Assembly (NCBI GenBank): GCA_964358615.1
Contig: CAYHOV010000001.1
Span: forward strand, 1-46,386
Direction of reading: 5' to 3'
DNA: 46,386 bases
Source: Candidatus Woesearchaeota archaeon
Lineage (GTDB): Archaea > Nanobdellota > Nanobdellia > Pacearchaeales > GW2011-AR1
In this document: in pieces, positions 8,367 through 17,095 of the stretch
Numbering within the stretch: the stretch's first letter is position 1
How the letters are laid out: every line of letters begins with the position of its first letter
Program-made: the position numbers and the translations under genes
The notes under the pieces: model-generated
What the model saw: the letters and a program-made list of their open reading frames with translations, nothing else
Database searches by the model: none
What the model was told of the DNA's origin: nothing

Positions 8367-9044
8367 TTAGAAGCTGCCTGATTTGATTCTTTCTTGGATG
8401 TGTGAATAGGCGTCGGCGATTATCTTCATGATTATAATAACTATTGGATAAAAATAAGCCATAAAAAGACGAGGGTCTAGGATTCTTGTAAAAAAGATTC
8501 TATAAATAATCCCTCCTAGGCCGATAACTAGCGGAGCAGAAAACATAATTATCAAAATTGTCGCAATCACTCTTTTAATGTACATCCCCCCAACTGAATC
8601 TACATCTAATTTATTATATTCCTTTTTACCGATAAAATTTAGAGAATAGGATATTCCGTGGCTCACAAAGAAACAGATGGCAAGTAAAATAAGATTAAAT
8701 CCATATTTTTCTTCTGAGATTAAAGGTTTCCAACCTATTGAGAAAATACCGATGCTAAAAAGAGACAAAATAAATATTATGTATAGCATTAATCCGGTGA
8801 AGATCAAGAAAAAAATTATCCGGCCAACTTTAGTATTAAAAATATTTCCTGAAGGCCCCGAATATTTGACTTTTATCATTTTCAAAAATGTATAAAAGAA
8901 AACTATGAATAATTCAATAAGATAAGAAAAAAGCGGTATGAATGGATCCCAATTCAAAAAAATTATCCCATAAATAGAAATCAGATTTACAAGAATTAAA
9001 ACCGTAAGTGAAATTTGTGTGCTAAGTGTAAACCCCTTTTCCAT
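8367..9044 (-). CDS. Polytopic membrane protein, unknown function
   Basis: 225 aa with about 6-7 hydrophobic segments. No catalytic motif recognised. Confidence 0.6.
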   Translation of the reverse strand: MEKGFTLSTQISLTVLILVNLISIYGIIFLNWDPFIPLFSYLIELFIVFFYTFLKMIKVKYSGPSGNIFNTKVGRIIFFLIFTGLMLYIIFILSLFSIGIFSIGWKPLISEEKYGFNLILLAICFFVSHGISYSLNFIGKKEYNKLDVDSVGGMYIKRVIATILIIMFSAPLVIGLGGIIYRIFFTRILDPRLFMAYFYPIVIIIMKIIADAYSHIQERIKSGSF

Positions 9045-9102
9045 ATTAACTTATTAGAATTAAGGATTATTAAATCTTGTTTATTGATATAAAAGATAAC
9101 TA

Positions 9103-9170
9103 TTGCGCTTCGCTCTGATTTAATGGTCGGCTAGCGCCTCCCGACGATAGGGTAAATTAAAAATGGGAAA
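9103..9170 (+). repeat. GC-rich intergenic module copy X1 (TTGCGCTTCGCTC box, hairpin, A/T-rich tail)
   Basis: TTGCGCTTCGCTC (9103-9115) is identical to 27683-27695. Hairpin GTCGG-N10-CCGAC spans 9126-9145. GCGCT (9105) is complementary to AGCGC (9134). Confidence 0.5.
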
Positions 9171-9290
9171 ATATTATTTCTCAAAAAGTAAAAACATAGC
9201 TACCTCTAAAAACCCTAAAATTCCATTTCAACTCTCAACTCAAGAAGAGCATTCAAATATCTCTCAATCATACGAAAATGGTGGAAAATC

Positions 9291-9557
9291 TCATTTCCAC
9301 TTCGCGTGGCCAAATTGAATAATCAGATCTGCGTCGCTGGAAGGAATATCGCAGGCGCCGAAGCAGGAACCGAGCCAGATTGTGAATAGGATTTTTGGAA
9401 ATTTTTTCTGAAGTAAATCTACAACTTGGGTTGAATAGGGCTTTAGGCCGTCGGGGAATTGGAGCAAAACTTTTTTTGGTTTTTGTTTTTGGATTTCTTT
9501 TGCGACTCGGTCTAACTCGAGATCATAGTCTTGTTGGAGTTCGTTGAGGGTTTTCAT
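9291..9557 (-). pseudogene. dph2: Truncated diphthamide synthase subunit Dph2 (N-terminal ~85 aa only)
   Basis: KKVLLQFPDGLKPY...GSCFGACDIP...DLIIQFGHA matches the Dph2 N-terminal domain. The ORF stops right after GHA (full length is about 330 aa). No ORF follows in 9045-9290. Confidence 0.7.
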
Positions 9558-9724
9558 GGTTTTTTGAAGATTGATGAGTTTAAAGATTTTACTTTGATAA
9601 AAAATTTCTATGGAGTATAGAGAATATTAGGCTTAATCCGGGGGTAGTTATTTCCGTCCCCGCCCAAACGGAAGCGCGCTATGAAAGCGACAACATTATA
9701 AAACTAAGAATACAAGAGTATTTT

Positions 9725-10213
9725 ATGAAGGAAGTACAAAAAGAAAAAATAATTGAATTGTTTAAGAAAAAAGGTTTTGACCCGGGAATTAGTTGGTTTT
9801 GTGTCCAATTTAAGGATAAATTTAAGAGTGAATATAATCTCGATGAAATGAATTTTGATGATGCTTATAAAAATCTAATTGACTTTTTAAGAAAAGAAAA
9901 AATAGAAGAGGTGTTATTTTTTCCCGAACCTGATTTTGAATCAAAAAAATGGTATCAAGCAGAGATACCTAATGCATATGTAAAAATTGAAAAACTTAAA
10001 GATTTTCTTAAAGAACATGTTAATACATTTACAAACTGCCATATTGCAGATAAAGATTTGAGATGGATTTTTACCATAACTCATGAAGATGATTTTGTTA
10101 TCTCGGGAACAAAGAAACTAACACAAGAATTTATTAAATTTTTTAAGGGAGCAACTATTATGAGTCGAGCAGAAATTGAAGCAAAGTGGAATAAAAAGAA
10201 AACCAAAAAATAA
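9725..10213 (+). CDS. Hypothetical protein
   Basis: 162-aa AT-rich ORF with no recognisable motif. Confidence 0.55.
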   Translation: MKEVQKEKIIELFKKKGFDPGISWFCVQFKDKFKSEYNLDEMNFDDAYKNLIDFLRKEKIEEVLFFPEPDFESKKWYQAEIPNAYVKIEKLKDFLKEHVNTFTNCHIADKDLRWIFTITHEDDFVISGTKKLTQEFIKFFKGATIMSRAEIEAKWNKKKTKK

Positions 10214-10368
10214 TGCGCACTTCCGTCCATGCCCTAAAATTATCTGCCCCATAAACTCTTCGTCAAAAATATTCTTTTTTGGCTCGTCCTTTAATCCCCG
10301 TCAGCTCAGGAGTGAAATTTGGGATAAATTTCCCAAAGTCCTCACGAGGAAACAAGAGCCCAACATAA

Positions 10369-10767
10369 TTACTCGGTTGTCGCAAAATCCCAATCATCGC
10401 AATCTTTGTAGAAGTTGTCCTGAATAAATTTGATTACTTCTGGCATCACATCAGAATCTTGGACTCCTTCGATATCCTGCAATTGTAAAATAATATCTTT
10501 GTCATGCCAGTCGCCTCTGTGAATATGGAATTGGACTTTATAATTAACTATCCCAAATTCTGAAAACAGTTTTTCCATTGCTTCCTCAAGTTTTTTGGGC
10601 ATAGCATAATCCATAGTATCAGAAGTAAACATAATTGTTTTTTCTTTGACGTTTACGGTGATGTAAGGTAATCCGAGATAGTTGCCTCTTTTTTTTGAAG
10701 ATTCTCTTGGTCCAAAAACTGCTTTACCATTTTCTTTCAAAATTTGGTCGATTTCGTACAATTCCAT
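10369..10767 (-). CDS. Hypothetical acidic protein
   Basis: 132-aa ORF. TATA-like ATATATAAAT lies about 30 nt upstream of the ATG. Confidence 0.55.
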   Translation of the reverse strand: MELYEIDQILKENGKAVFGPRESSKKRGNYLGLPYITVNVKEKTIMFTSDTMDYAMPKKLEEAMEKLFSEFGIVNYKVQFHIHRGDWHDKDIILQLQDIEGVQDSDVMPEVIKFIQDNFYKDCDDWDFATTE

Positions 10768-10893
10768 ACTCTATAAGGCAGGACAACTCATTTATATATC
10801 TTTACGATAATCCGAGCCGCTTACGCTCGGACTTTTCCGACCCTGTTCGCTCCGAAGAGATTTGAGAAGAGTTTAAAGAAGAAAAAATAATAC

Positions 10894-11472
10894 TCAAAGA
10901 AACTCAGAATTAAATGAATCTAATATTTCTTGTTCTAAATGTCCTGCTCTTGTTACTAGGTGAACTCGTTCATGAGGTTGGGCCATTCGGTAGTCTGCTG
11001 ACGCGAGGCCCAGATGTCTCCAGGCTGTTTTTTCTTTCTGGAATATGGCTTGGGCTAGATGTTCTCTTAGTTGGACAAAAGTGTCATGCTTGGGAGTTTT
11101 TCTTTTTTTAGATCTTTCAAAATGTGCTTTAACAATGCTAAATGGAAATAGAAACAGAGATCTTAGACCTAGGGCATTTTTCAGTTCTTCTTCTGTGGGA
11201 TAATCTCGTTGCATGTGCCGACTTATTGAATGATAGGCAAAAGCATAGAAACGTCTCAGGTCGATATTTTTATCAAATCGGTATAATTGCCGTCGATTAA
11301 TGACTCCGCCGTTATTATAAGCTGAGGCTTTTACTTCAACAAAAAAAGAATTATCTTTTGCTATCAGATCTGGAACTCCTGCCAAAGAATCGACGTCGGT
11401 TCGGACTAATCCGAATAATCTTATAACTTCTTGTTCAAAAAAATCTCCGACAATTTTTGTTGCGTGATACAT
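10894..11472 (-). CDS. PD-(D/E)xK nuclease with an Hjc-like (Holliday junction resolvase) core and a ~100-aa C-terminal extension
   Basis: GDFFEQEV...GVPDLIAKDNSFFVEVKAS gives E13/E15, D35, E46-x-K48, the spacing of archaeal Hjc catalytic residues. The following GGVINRRQLYRF resembles the Hjc core. Confidence 0.55.
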   Translation of the reverse strand: MYHATKIVGDFFEQEVIRLFGLVRTDVDSLAGVPDLIAKDNSFFVEVKASAYNNGGVINRRQLYRFDKNIDLRRFYAFAYHSISRHMQRDYPTEEELKNALGLRSLFLFPFSIVKAHFERSKKRKTPKHDTFVQLREHLAQAIFQKEKTAWRHLGLASADYRMAQPHERVHLVTRAGHLEQEILDSFNSEFL

Positions 11473-11581
11473 AATTGGGACAATTAAAGAATATTATAAA
11501 AAGATATTGGTGATTTTTTATACATAAAAGCATATACTCAATAAGAAAAAACCTTAAGAATAGGGATAAAATGAGAATAAT

Positions 11582-11974
11582 ATGAATCCTGAAAGATGCG
11601 CTGAAAAAGTATTGAGATTGCTGAGAAGTGTGGGAATTCAATCAGAATTCTGCATGTATGAATTTCCTGATGCCCGAGGAGTCACGAGGTATGCTGGCCT
11701 TTATGTGAGATTGCTGGAAGAAAGGGAAAGAGAATTGGAAAGAGTCTTAACTCGGTCATTTAATCCTGAAAATGGATTCTATGTTGATTTTCTTGTTAGC
11801 AAAGTTAGAGATAATGGCAGACATGGTTTTTATATCGAGGCAGCACCATACAATCCAATAACAGAAGATTTTATCAGAGAACAAGGCGAATTAACAGCAA
11901 GAACTAATGAATTTTTGACTAGTTTATCCAGAGTAATCAAAGAATTTTTGAGAAAGAATGTGCATAGGAGATAA
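11582..11974 (+). CDS. Hypothetical protein
   Basis: 130-aa ORF, divergent from the nuclease gene. It appears GC-richer than the housekeeping genes. Confidence 0.5.
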   Translation: MNPERCAEKVLRLLRSVGIQSEFCMYEFPDARGVTRYAGLYVRLLEERERELERVLTRSFNPENGFYVDFLVSKVRDNGRHGFYIEAAPYNPITEDFIREQGELTARTNEFLTSLSRVIKEFLRKNVHRR

Positions 11975-11986
11975 AATATAAAAAAA

Positions 11987-12175
11987 TTATAGAATATAGA
12001 GATCTAGGGCTTCGTTTGGGCTTAGGGCAAATTCCATTGCTCGCTCGTCGGCATGTTGGCAAGCTTTGTCCATGTTTGCCAGTGTTTCGAGGAAAGATTG
12101 AGGTAGAGGCTCCATTGGTCCAAGGTCAGGAACATACCATCCGGCGGCGTCGGTTTGAGGATTATTTGAAGTCAT
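11987..12175 (-). CDS. Hypothetical small protein
   Basis: 62-aa ORF. Coding potential was judged only from length and composition. Confidence 0.35.
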   Translation of the reverse strand: MTSNNPQTDAAGWYVPDLGPMEPLPQSFLETLANMDKACQHADERAMEFALSPNEALDLYIL

Positions 12176-12308
12176 ATATTTTTGAATGAGAGGAAGTATA
12201 AAAATTTTTTGAAGATAAAAAAGAATGTAGAAAGATTTATAGGTATTAACTTATTAGTAATAACATAAGCAAAATATTTATAAACTCAATAAAATTAATA
12301 AGATTGTC

Positions 12309-13019
12309 ATGGCAGAGAAATATACTATACTAGAAGAGAAAAATTTAGGAAGAGACAGCGTAGTTGCTATACCTTCAAGATTAGATCATCCGAGGATAGG
12401 CCAAATTTTTGATAGAGTTGGTTCTATGGATGGAATTTCTGAAAAAGATTTTAAAGAAGGCCATCTTAACCTTCATTTGCCCATCCATATTGTAGGCAGA
12501 TTAGCAGAACCAAGTTTAGGTGCTTGTGAAGCAGTAAGAAAAAGTTTGGAAGCAGTATGTAAAAGTCAGGGAGTACAATTCGATCAAGATAGAATGCTTC
12601 GTGATCCTGCTATTATGTCGGGAATTTTGGATTATGAAATTATTGATGGAGACATTTATGTTGTCCGGTTTTCCGGAAAAGAGCTTAGACGCCCAGATGA
12701 AGAGGTTATAAGGAGTATTGCATTGCTTGTTTCTAAAGATGATGGGGTTATTTTTCTTGATGGAAAAAATCTATCTTTAGGGGGTAAACCTCTGGAATTT
12801 CCTGGAAAAGAGGTAGAATATTTAGCAAATTCTGGTTCAGTTAGAGGTTCTCTTGAGGCATTTAAATCAGGTTCTGCAAAGTTACATAGAAAAGTTTTGA
12901 AGCCATATGATAGCTGGAGTCCCTCTGGAAATCGTCATTCAAATGGGCCTTGGATTATTTATAGGGATAATCTAACCCGAGAGTGGACTGAGGGTCAAAC
13001 AGAATTAATGAGTGAATGA
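12309..13019 (+). CDS. Hypothetical protein
   Basis: 236-aa ORF. TATA-like TTTATAAA lies about 27 nt upstream of the ATG. Confidence 0.55.
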   Translation: MAEKYTILEEKNLGRDSVVAIPSRLDHPRIGQIFDRVGSMDGISEKDFKEGHLNLHLPIHIVGRLAEPSLGACEAVRKSLEAVCKSQGVQFDQDRMLRDPAIMSGILDYEIIDGDIYVVRFSGKELRRPDEEVIRSIALLVSKDDGVIFLDGKNLSLGGKPLEFPGKEVEYLANSGSVRGSLEAFKSGSAKLHRKVLKPYDSWSPSGNRHSNGPWIIYRDNLTREWTEGQTELMSE

Positions 13020-13101
13020 AACCCGTAATAAAATATTTTTTTACTTTTTTTAAAATCCTGCGGAACGTACAATTTATAAACTATGAAATATTATAGAAAT
13101 C

Positions 13102-13263
13102 ATGGCAGCAACACCACCAGGACCAAGAAAGAGAAAGATGGAATACAACATCGACCAGGCTACTTATGATGATTTTATGAAATCTTGCTCTAGAAAAGGC
13201 ATGGCGCCTCAAGTTGTCCTAGAACAAGCAATGAGAAAGTTTTCTCAGACTGGGCAAGTTTAA
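13102..13263 (+). CDS. Small ribbon-helix-helix (CopG-like) protein, 53 aa
   Basis: Hand translation: MAATPPGPRKRKMEYNIDQATYDDFMKSCSRKGMAPQVVLEQAMRKFSQTGQV. This is a beta-strand/helix/helix RHH-like pattern. It is below the ORF-track cutoff. Confidence 0.4.
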   Translation: MAATPPGPRKRKMEYNIDQATYDDFMKSCSRKGMAPQVVLEQAMRKFSQTGQV

Positions 13264-13270
13264 TTTTTGA

Positions 13271-14422
13271 TTATTGATTCTTAAAGAAATTTTTTGCATC
13301 GAATTTTAGTGCAATTATCAAATCTGATTTTTTTTCGCTAATTTTCTCTAATCTTTTTCCATCTTCATTTTTAGCAGTTTCTATTTCTATTAAATCGTTT
13401 TTTATTTTTGCTAGTTTTTCTTCTGCTATTTTTAATTTTTCTTCTGTTTGGCCGAGATGCATCGATAGTTTTTTTATCTTCGCGTTTATTGAGGCCAGGT
13501 CAAATTTAAGGCCTTGTTCAATAAGTATCTTAGAAAACTCACTGAATCTATCGTCTTCAATTGCTTTTCTGAAATTCTCTGTATATTTTTTTATGACTTG
13601 GTGTTTTTTTTCATCAGTGTGATAAACTCGTGCGAGTTCTTTAAAATCAATGTTATTTTGAATATCTTCTAGTTCATTTTCTAGCTCTTGAAGCTTGTTA
13701 TTTATTTTTTCCCTCTCTTCTTGCTCATTTTTGTAGGATCTACTTGAAAGCATATTTTTTATTTCTTCCTCTTTTTGTATAATCTCTGAAGCTATTCTTG
13801 TTTTCTCAATATCTAGCTTTTGGACAATATTTTTTATTTGTTCTTCTGATTTTTCTGCTTCGGATATTTTTTTAAGATTATCAATGAATCGAGCTAATTT
13901 TTTAATCTTCTCCTGATTCTTGACATTCTCTGCAATTATTGGATTGAGCGCACGAGAGAAATTCTTAAAAACTTGTTTAATCTCATCAAATTCTTTTCCG
14001 ATAAGAATTGTGGCCTTATCGTAGCGCTTGGCTGATTTTCTGGAAAAATCATCAAAGAGATAGTCTACTTGTAAAAGATAATCATTAAAATTAAGTGTTT
14101 GGTCTAAATTCTCAAGGTTTTTTATAAGTTCTTCAAGATGAGTAATATAAAAATAAAGATTTTCTGTTACTATGCCCTTAAGCTGTTCGCTTTCTCTTTT
14201 CTTATCAAGATTTATTGATCTTAGCGATAGGAGGCAGACTTTTAATTCAGAAATAGTCTCGGTTATAATTGGTTTTATTTCTATTCGGAGTTTTTTAAAA
14301 TTGTCTTCTATTGCATTCTTATTTTCAGATATTTTTGATTTAATTTCTTCGAGCGAAAGTTCTTGCTCTATCTCGACTTTTTCTTCTATTTTTTTTCGTT
14401 TTAGGAAATCAAAAAATCCCAT
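13271..14422 (-). CDS. Long coiled-coil protein with an N-terminal amphipathic MGFFDFLKRKK motif
   Basis: 383 aa, K/E/I/L-rich heptad-like sequence throughout. The N-terminal motif is shared with the 23903 and 24491 genes. Confidence 0.6.
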   Translation of the reverse strand: MGFFDFLKRKKIEEKVEIEQELSLEEIKSKISENKNAIEDNFKKLRIEIKPIITETISELKVCLLSLRSINLDKKRESEQLKGIVTENLYFYITHLEELIKNLENLDQTLNFNDYLLQVDYLFDDFSRKSAKRYDKATILIGKEFDEIKQVFKNFSRALNPIIAENVKNQEKIKKLARFIDNLKKISEAEKSEEQIKNIVQKLDIEKTRIASEIIQKEEEIKNMLSSRSYKNEQEEREKINNKLQELENELEDIQNNIDFKELARVYHTDEKKHQVIKKYTENFRKAIEDDRFSEFSKILIEQGLKFDLASINAKIKKLSMHLGQTEEKLKIAEEKLAKIKNDLIEIETAKNEDGKRLEKISEKKSDLIIALKFDAKNFFKNQ

Positions 14423-14535
14423 AAATATGACAGAGAAAAATGGGATTTAAAGTTATGTGTACTGGAGGTATCAGTGACACAAAGCTGGACATACTACACT
14501 AGAAGATTTTTAAATGAGCAATTCTTTATTACTCA

Positions 14536-15156
14536 ATGTTACCAAAGGTGGAATCATGGGGCGATGAAATAAAAAGCCATAGAAAACTCATCGCGCTTTC
14601 TATTTTATTTCTTATCTCTGCAATTTTTCTTAATAATCTTGCTGGAAATTATGTGGACAGAGTAGGGACAGTGGCTGTTTCTGATTTAATCCTAGACCAT
14701 ATACCATCTATTAATCTATGGTTCTTACTTTCCTATGGTTTTATCCTAATTCTGGCAATATTTATCTTCTACCCGTTATTTTTTAATGTAAAAAGACTCC
14801 ATGTAGTCATAAGCCAGTTTTCCTTACTTGTTTTGATAAGAAGTTTTTTTATTATTTTGACGCATTTGAAAAGGCCCGCAGATGCAGTAGTCCCTGTTCT
14901 TCCAAAGATATATACTATGCTGGCTTTTAACAATGATCTGTTTTTCTCAGGACATACTGCACTCCCATTTCTCGGATTTTTAATTTTTAGAAAACAAAAG
15001 ATAGGTATATTTTTCCTGATAGCGACGATAGTAATGGCGATAACTGTATTGCTCATGCATTTTCACTATTCTATCGATGTTTTTGCTGCGTTATTTATAA
15101 CCTATGGGAGTTTTAAAATTGGAGAGTGGTTGTTTAAAGGAATTAATGGATATTAA
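14536..15156 (+). CDS. PAP2-superfamily membrane phosphatase/transferase (PAP2_C-like)
   Basis: Multi-TM protein with SGHT and HxxxD (HYSIDV) motifs. Confidence 0.6.
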   Translation: MLPKVESWGDEIKSHRKLIALSILFLISAIFLNNLAGNYVDRVGTVAVSDLILDHIPSINLWFLLSYGFILILAIFIFYPLFFNVKRLHVVISQFSLLVLIRSFFIILTHLKRPADAVVPVLPKIYTMLAFNNDLFFSGHTALPFLGFLIFRKQKIGIFFLIATIVMAITVLLMHFHYSIDVFAALFITYGSFKIGEWLFKGINGY

Positions 15157-15198
15157 TTGTCAAATAGTTATTTAAAATCAGGAGGATATTTATTGAAG

Positions 15199-15318
15199 AT
15201 GAAAAGTGATTATTTTAATGTCGCTAAAGAGATTCCCCTACTTCTAAAGCTAGAACTAAGAAATATAATCAAATATATGCAAAAGCTTTTAACTCTTATT
15301 ATGGTTGTTTATTTATGA
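15199..15318 (+). CDS. Possible 39-aa upstream ORF coupled to infB
   Basis: Hand translation MKSDYFNVAKEIPLLLKLELRNIIKYMQKLLTLIMVVYL. Its stop TGA overlaps the infB ATG (ATGA). GGAGG at 15181-15185 favours an in-frame TTG at 15193. Confidence 0.25.
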   Translation: MKSDYFNVAKEIPLLLKLELRNIIKYMQKLLTLIMVVYL

Positions 15319-17051
15319 CTGATAAAAAAATTCGGCAGCCAATTGTTACTGTGTGCGGACATGTTGATCATGGAAAGACAAGCTTGCTTGACCAAATCAG
15401 GTGCACCTCGGTCGCGGCTTGTGAGGCTGGCGGCATCACCCAAAAAATATCTTTTACTTCGATGAATCGTGAGAGTATCAAAGAACGGGCTGGCCGAGTG
15501 CTTGAGAAATTTAAGATTCCTTTGGAGATTCCTGGATTTTTATTTATTGACACGCCAGGACATGCGGCTTTTACAAATCTTCGGAAAAGGGGAGGAAGTT
15601 TGGCAGATATTGCGGTTTTGGTAATCGATATCAACGAAGGCATCAAACCACAGACAGCAGAAGTTTTGCAGATACTAAAAGCAAATAAAACTCCGTTCAT
15701 TGTTGCACTAAATAAATTAGATAATATTTCTGGCTGGAGAAATGCTGAATCAAAATTCTTTTTTGAAGGTGTGGAAAAACAGGGAATCCGAGTTAGACAA
15801 GAATTTGATGAAAAAGTTATGATGATCATCGCTGCATTGCAATCTTACAAATTTGATGCTGAGATCTATACCAAGATTGGAGATTTTACAAAAAATATTG
15901 CACTGGTGCCTTGTTCGGCTAGGACTGGTGAGGGTATTTCAGAAATTCTTGCGATATTGTGCGCATTGAGCCAGAAATTTTTGAAGAATAAAATTGCAGT
16001 AGGATCAATCGGAAAAGGAGTTATACTTGAAGTAAAAAAAGAAAAAACAATAAACTATCTTGAGTCAATATTATACGACGGCGCTCTTAAAAAGAATGAT
16101 GAGATCGCAATCGCTTCTTTTGATAATGTGATTGTTACAAAGATTAGAATTTTAGAAAAAGCACTGCCATTAAATAGCGGATATATGGCTGTCGAGATAA
16201 TCGATGCTGCATCGGGCATAAGAATGCAAGCAACGACTAAAGAAGAGATTTTTCCTGGAATGCCGTTTCAGGTTGTTAATGGAAATATTTCTGAAATTGA
16301 GCAAGAGTTCAAGAAAGAATTATCTCAGGAATTGAGAACAGATAATGACGGGATTATTGTCAAGGCCGAAAGTTTGGGAAGTTTGGAAGCTTTGTTAATT
16401 TTACTGAAACAGAATAATATCCGTGTTGTTAAGGCGAGTATAGGAAATATCACTAAAAAAGATATTTATTATGCAGCGTCATTGCCTGAAGCAGACCGTG
16501 CGATTTTAGGATTTAATTCAGAGTTAGCCGAAGATGTAGATATTGAAGAAACAAAAAAAGTCAAAGTTCTTACCAATCAAGTAGTATATCGATTGATTGA
16601 AGAATTCGAAATTTGGAAAAAGGCAAAATTACAGGAATTGGAGAGAGTAAAATTAGAATCATTGCCAAAGCTCGTTAAAATTATAATCTTGCCATTTGTT
16701 TTTAGAAACACCGGCCCGGCTATTTTTGGAGTTCGGGTTGATGGGGGAATACTTGAGCAGAATATTGAACTTATCAACAGAGATGATGAAAAGGTCGGGA
16801 GAGTAAAGGCAATACAGGAAGAAAAAACAAGTCTTAAAGAAGCTGGTGTTGGAAAAGAGATTGCTATATCTGTGCCTGGTGTGAATTTTGAGCGACAATT
16901 AAAATTTGAGGATTGTTTATATAGCAATCTCAGCAGTTTTCAATTCAAGAAATTCAAGGAAAATAAGAATTTACTGAGGCAAGATGAAATCAAGGTGTTG
17001 CAAGAAATTGCTGAAGTCAAGAGAAGAAAAGACCCGACGTGGGGTATGTAG
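15315..17051 (+). CDS. infB: Translation initiation factor aIF5B (IF-2 homologue)
   Basis: GHVDHGKTSLLD, DTPGH and NKLD GTPase motifs. Length and domain order match archaeal IF-2/eIF5B. Confidence 0.95.
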   Translation: MTDKKIRQPIVTVCGHVDHGKTSLLDQIRCTSVAACEAGGITQKISFTSMNRESIKERAGRVLEKFKIPLEIPGFLFIDTPGHAAFTNLRKRGGSLADIAVLVIDINEGIKPQTAEVLQILKANKTPFIVALNKLDNISGWRNAESKFFFEGVEKQGIRVRQEFDEKVMMIIAALQSYKFDAEIYTKIGDFTKNIALVPCSARTGEGISEILAILCALSQKFLKNKIAVGSIGKGVILEVKKEKTINYLESILYDGALKKNDEIAIASFDNVIVTKIRILEKALPLNSGYMAVEIIDAASGIRMQATTKEEIFPGMPFQVVNGNISEIEQEFKKELSQELRTDNDGIIVKAESLGSLEALLILLKQNNIRVVKASIGNITKKDIYYAASLPEADRAILGFNSELAEDVDIEETKKVKVLTNQVVYRLIEEFEIWKKAKLQELERVKLESLPKLVKIIILPFVFRNTGPAIFGVRVDGGILEQNIELINRDDEKVGRVKAIQEEKTSLKEAGVGKEIAISVPGVNFERQLKFEDCLYSNLSSFQFKKFKENKNLLRQDEIKVLQEIAEVKRRKDPTWGM

Positions 17052-17095
17052 TTCAGCACAATAATTCTTATAAACGCTTAATTATATTTTTCTGG

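Noticed and set aside
10176-10427. 83-aa plus ORF spanning the 10214-10368 spacer
   Set aside because: It overlaps two better ORFs at both ends. The middle is the GC-rich repeat island, and the sequence is Pro/Ser/Arg/Cys-rich and not protein-like.
15368-15829. 153-aa ORF antisense to infB (and 16577..16927 and 16659..16898)
   Set aside because: These are antisense to a highly conserved GTPase gene. They have no start context or motif, and such shadow ORFs are common.
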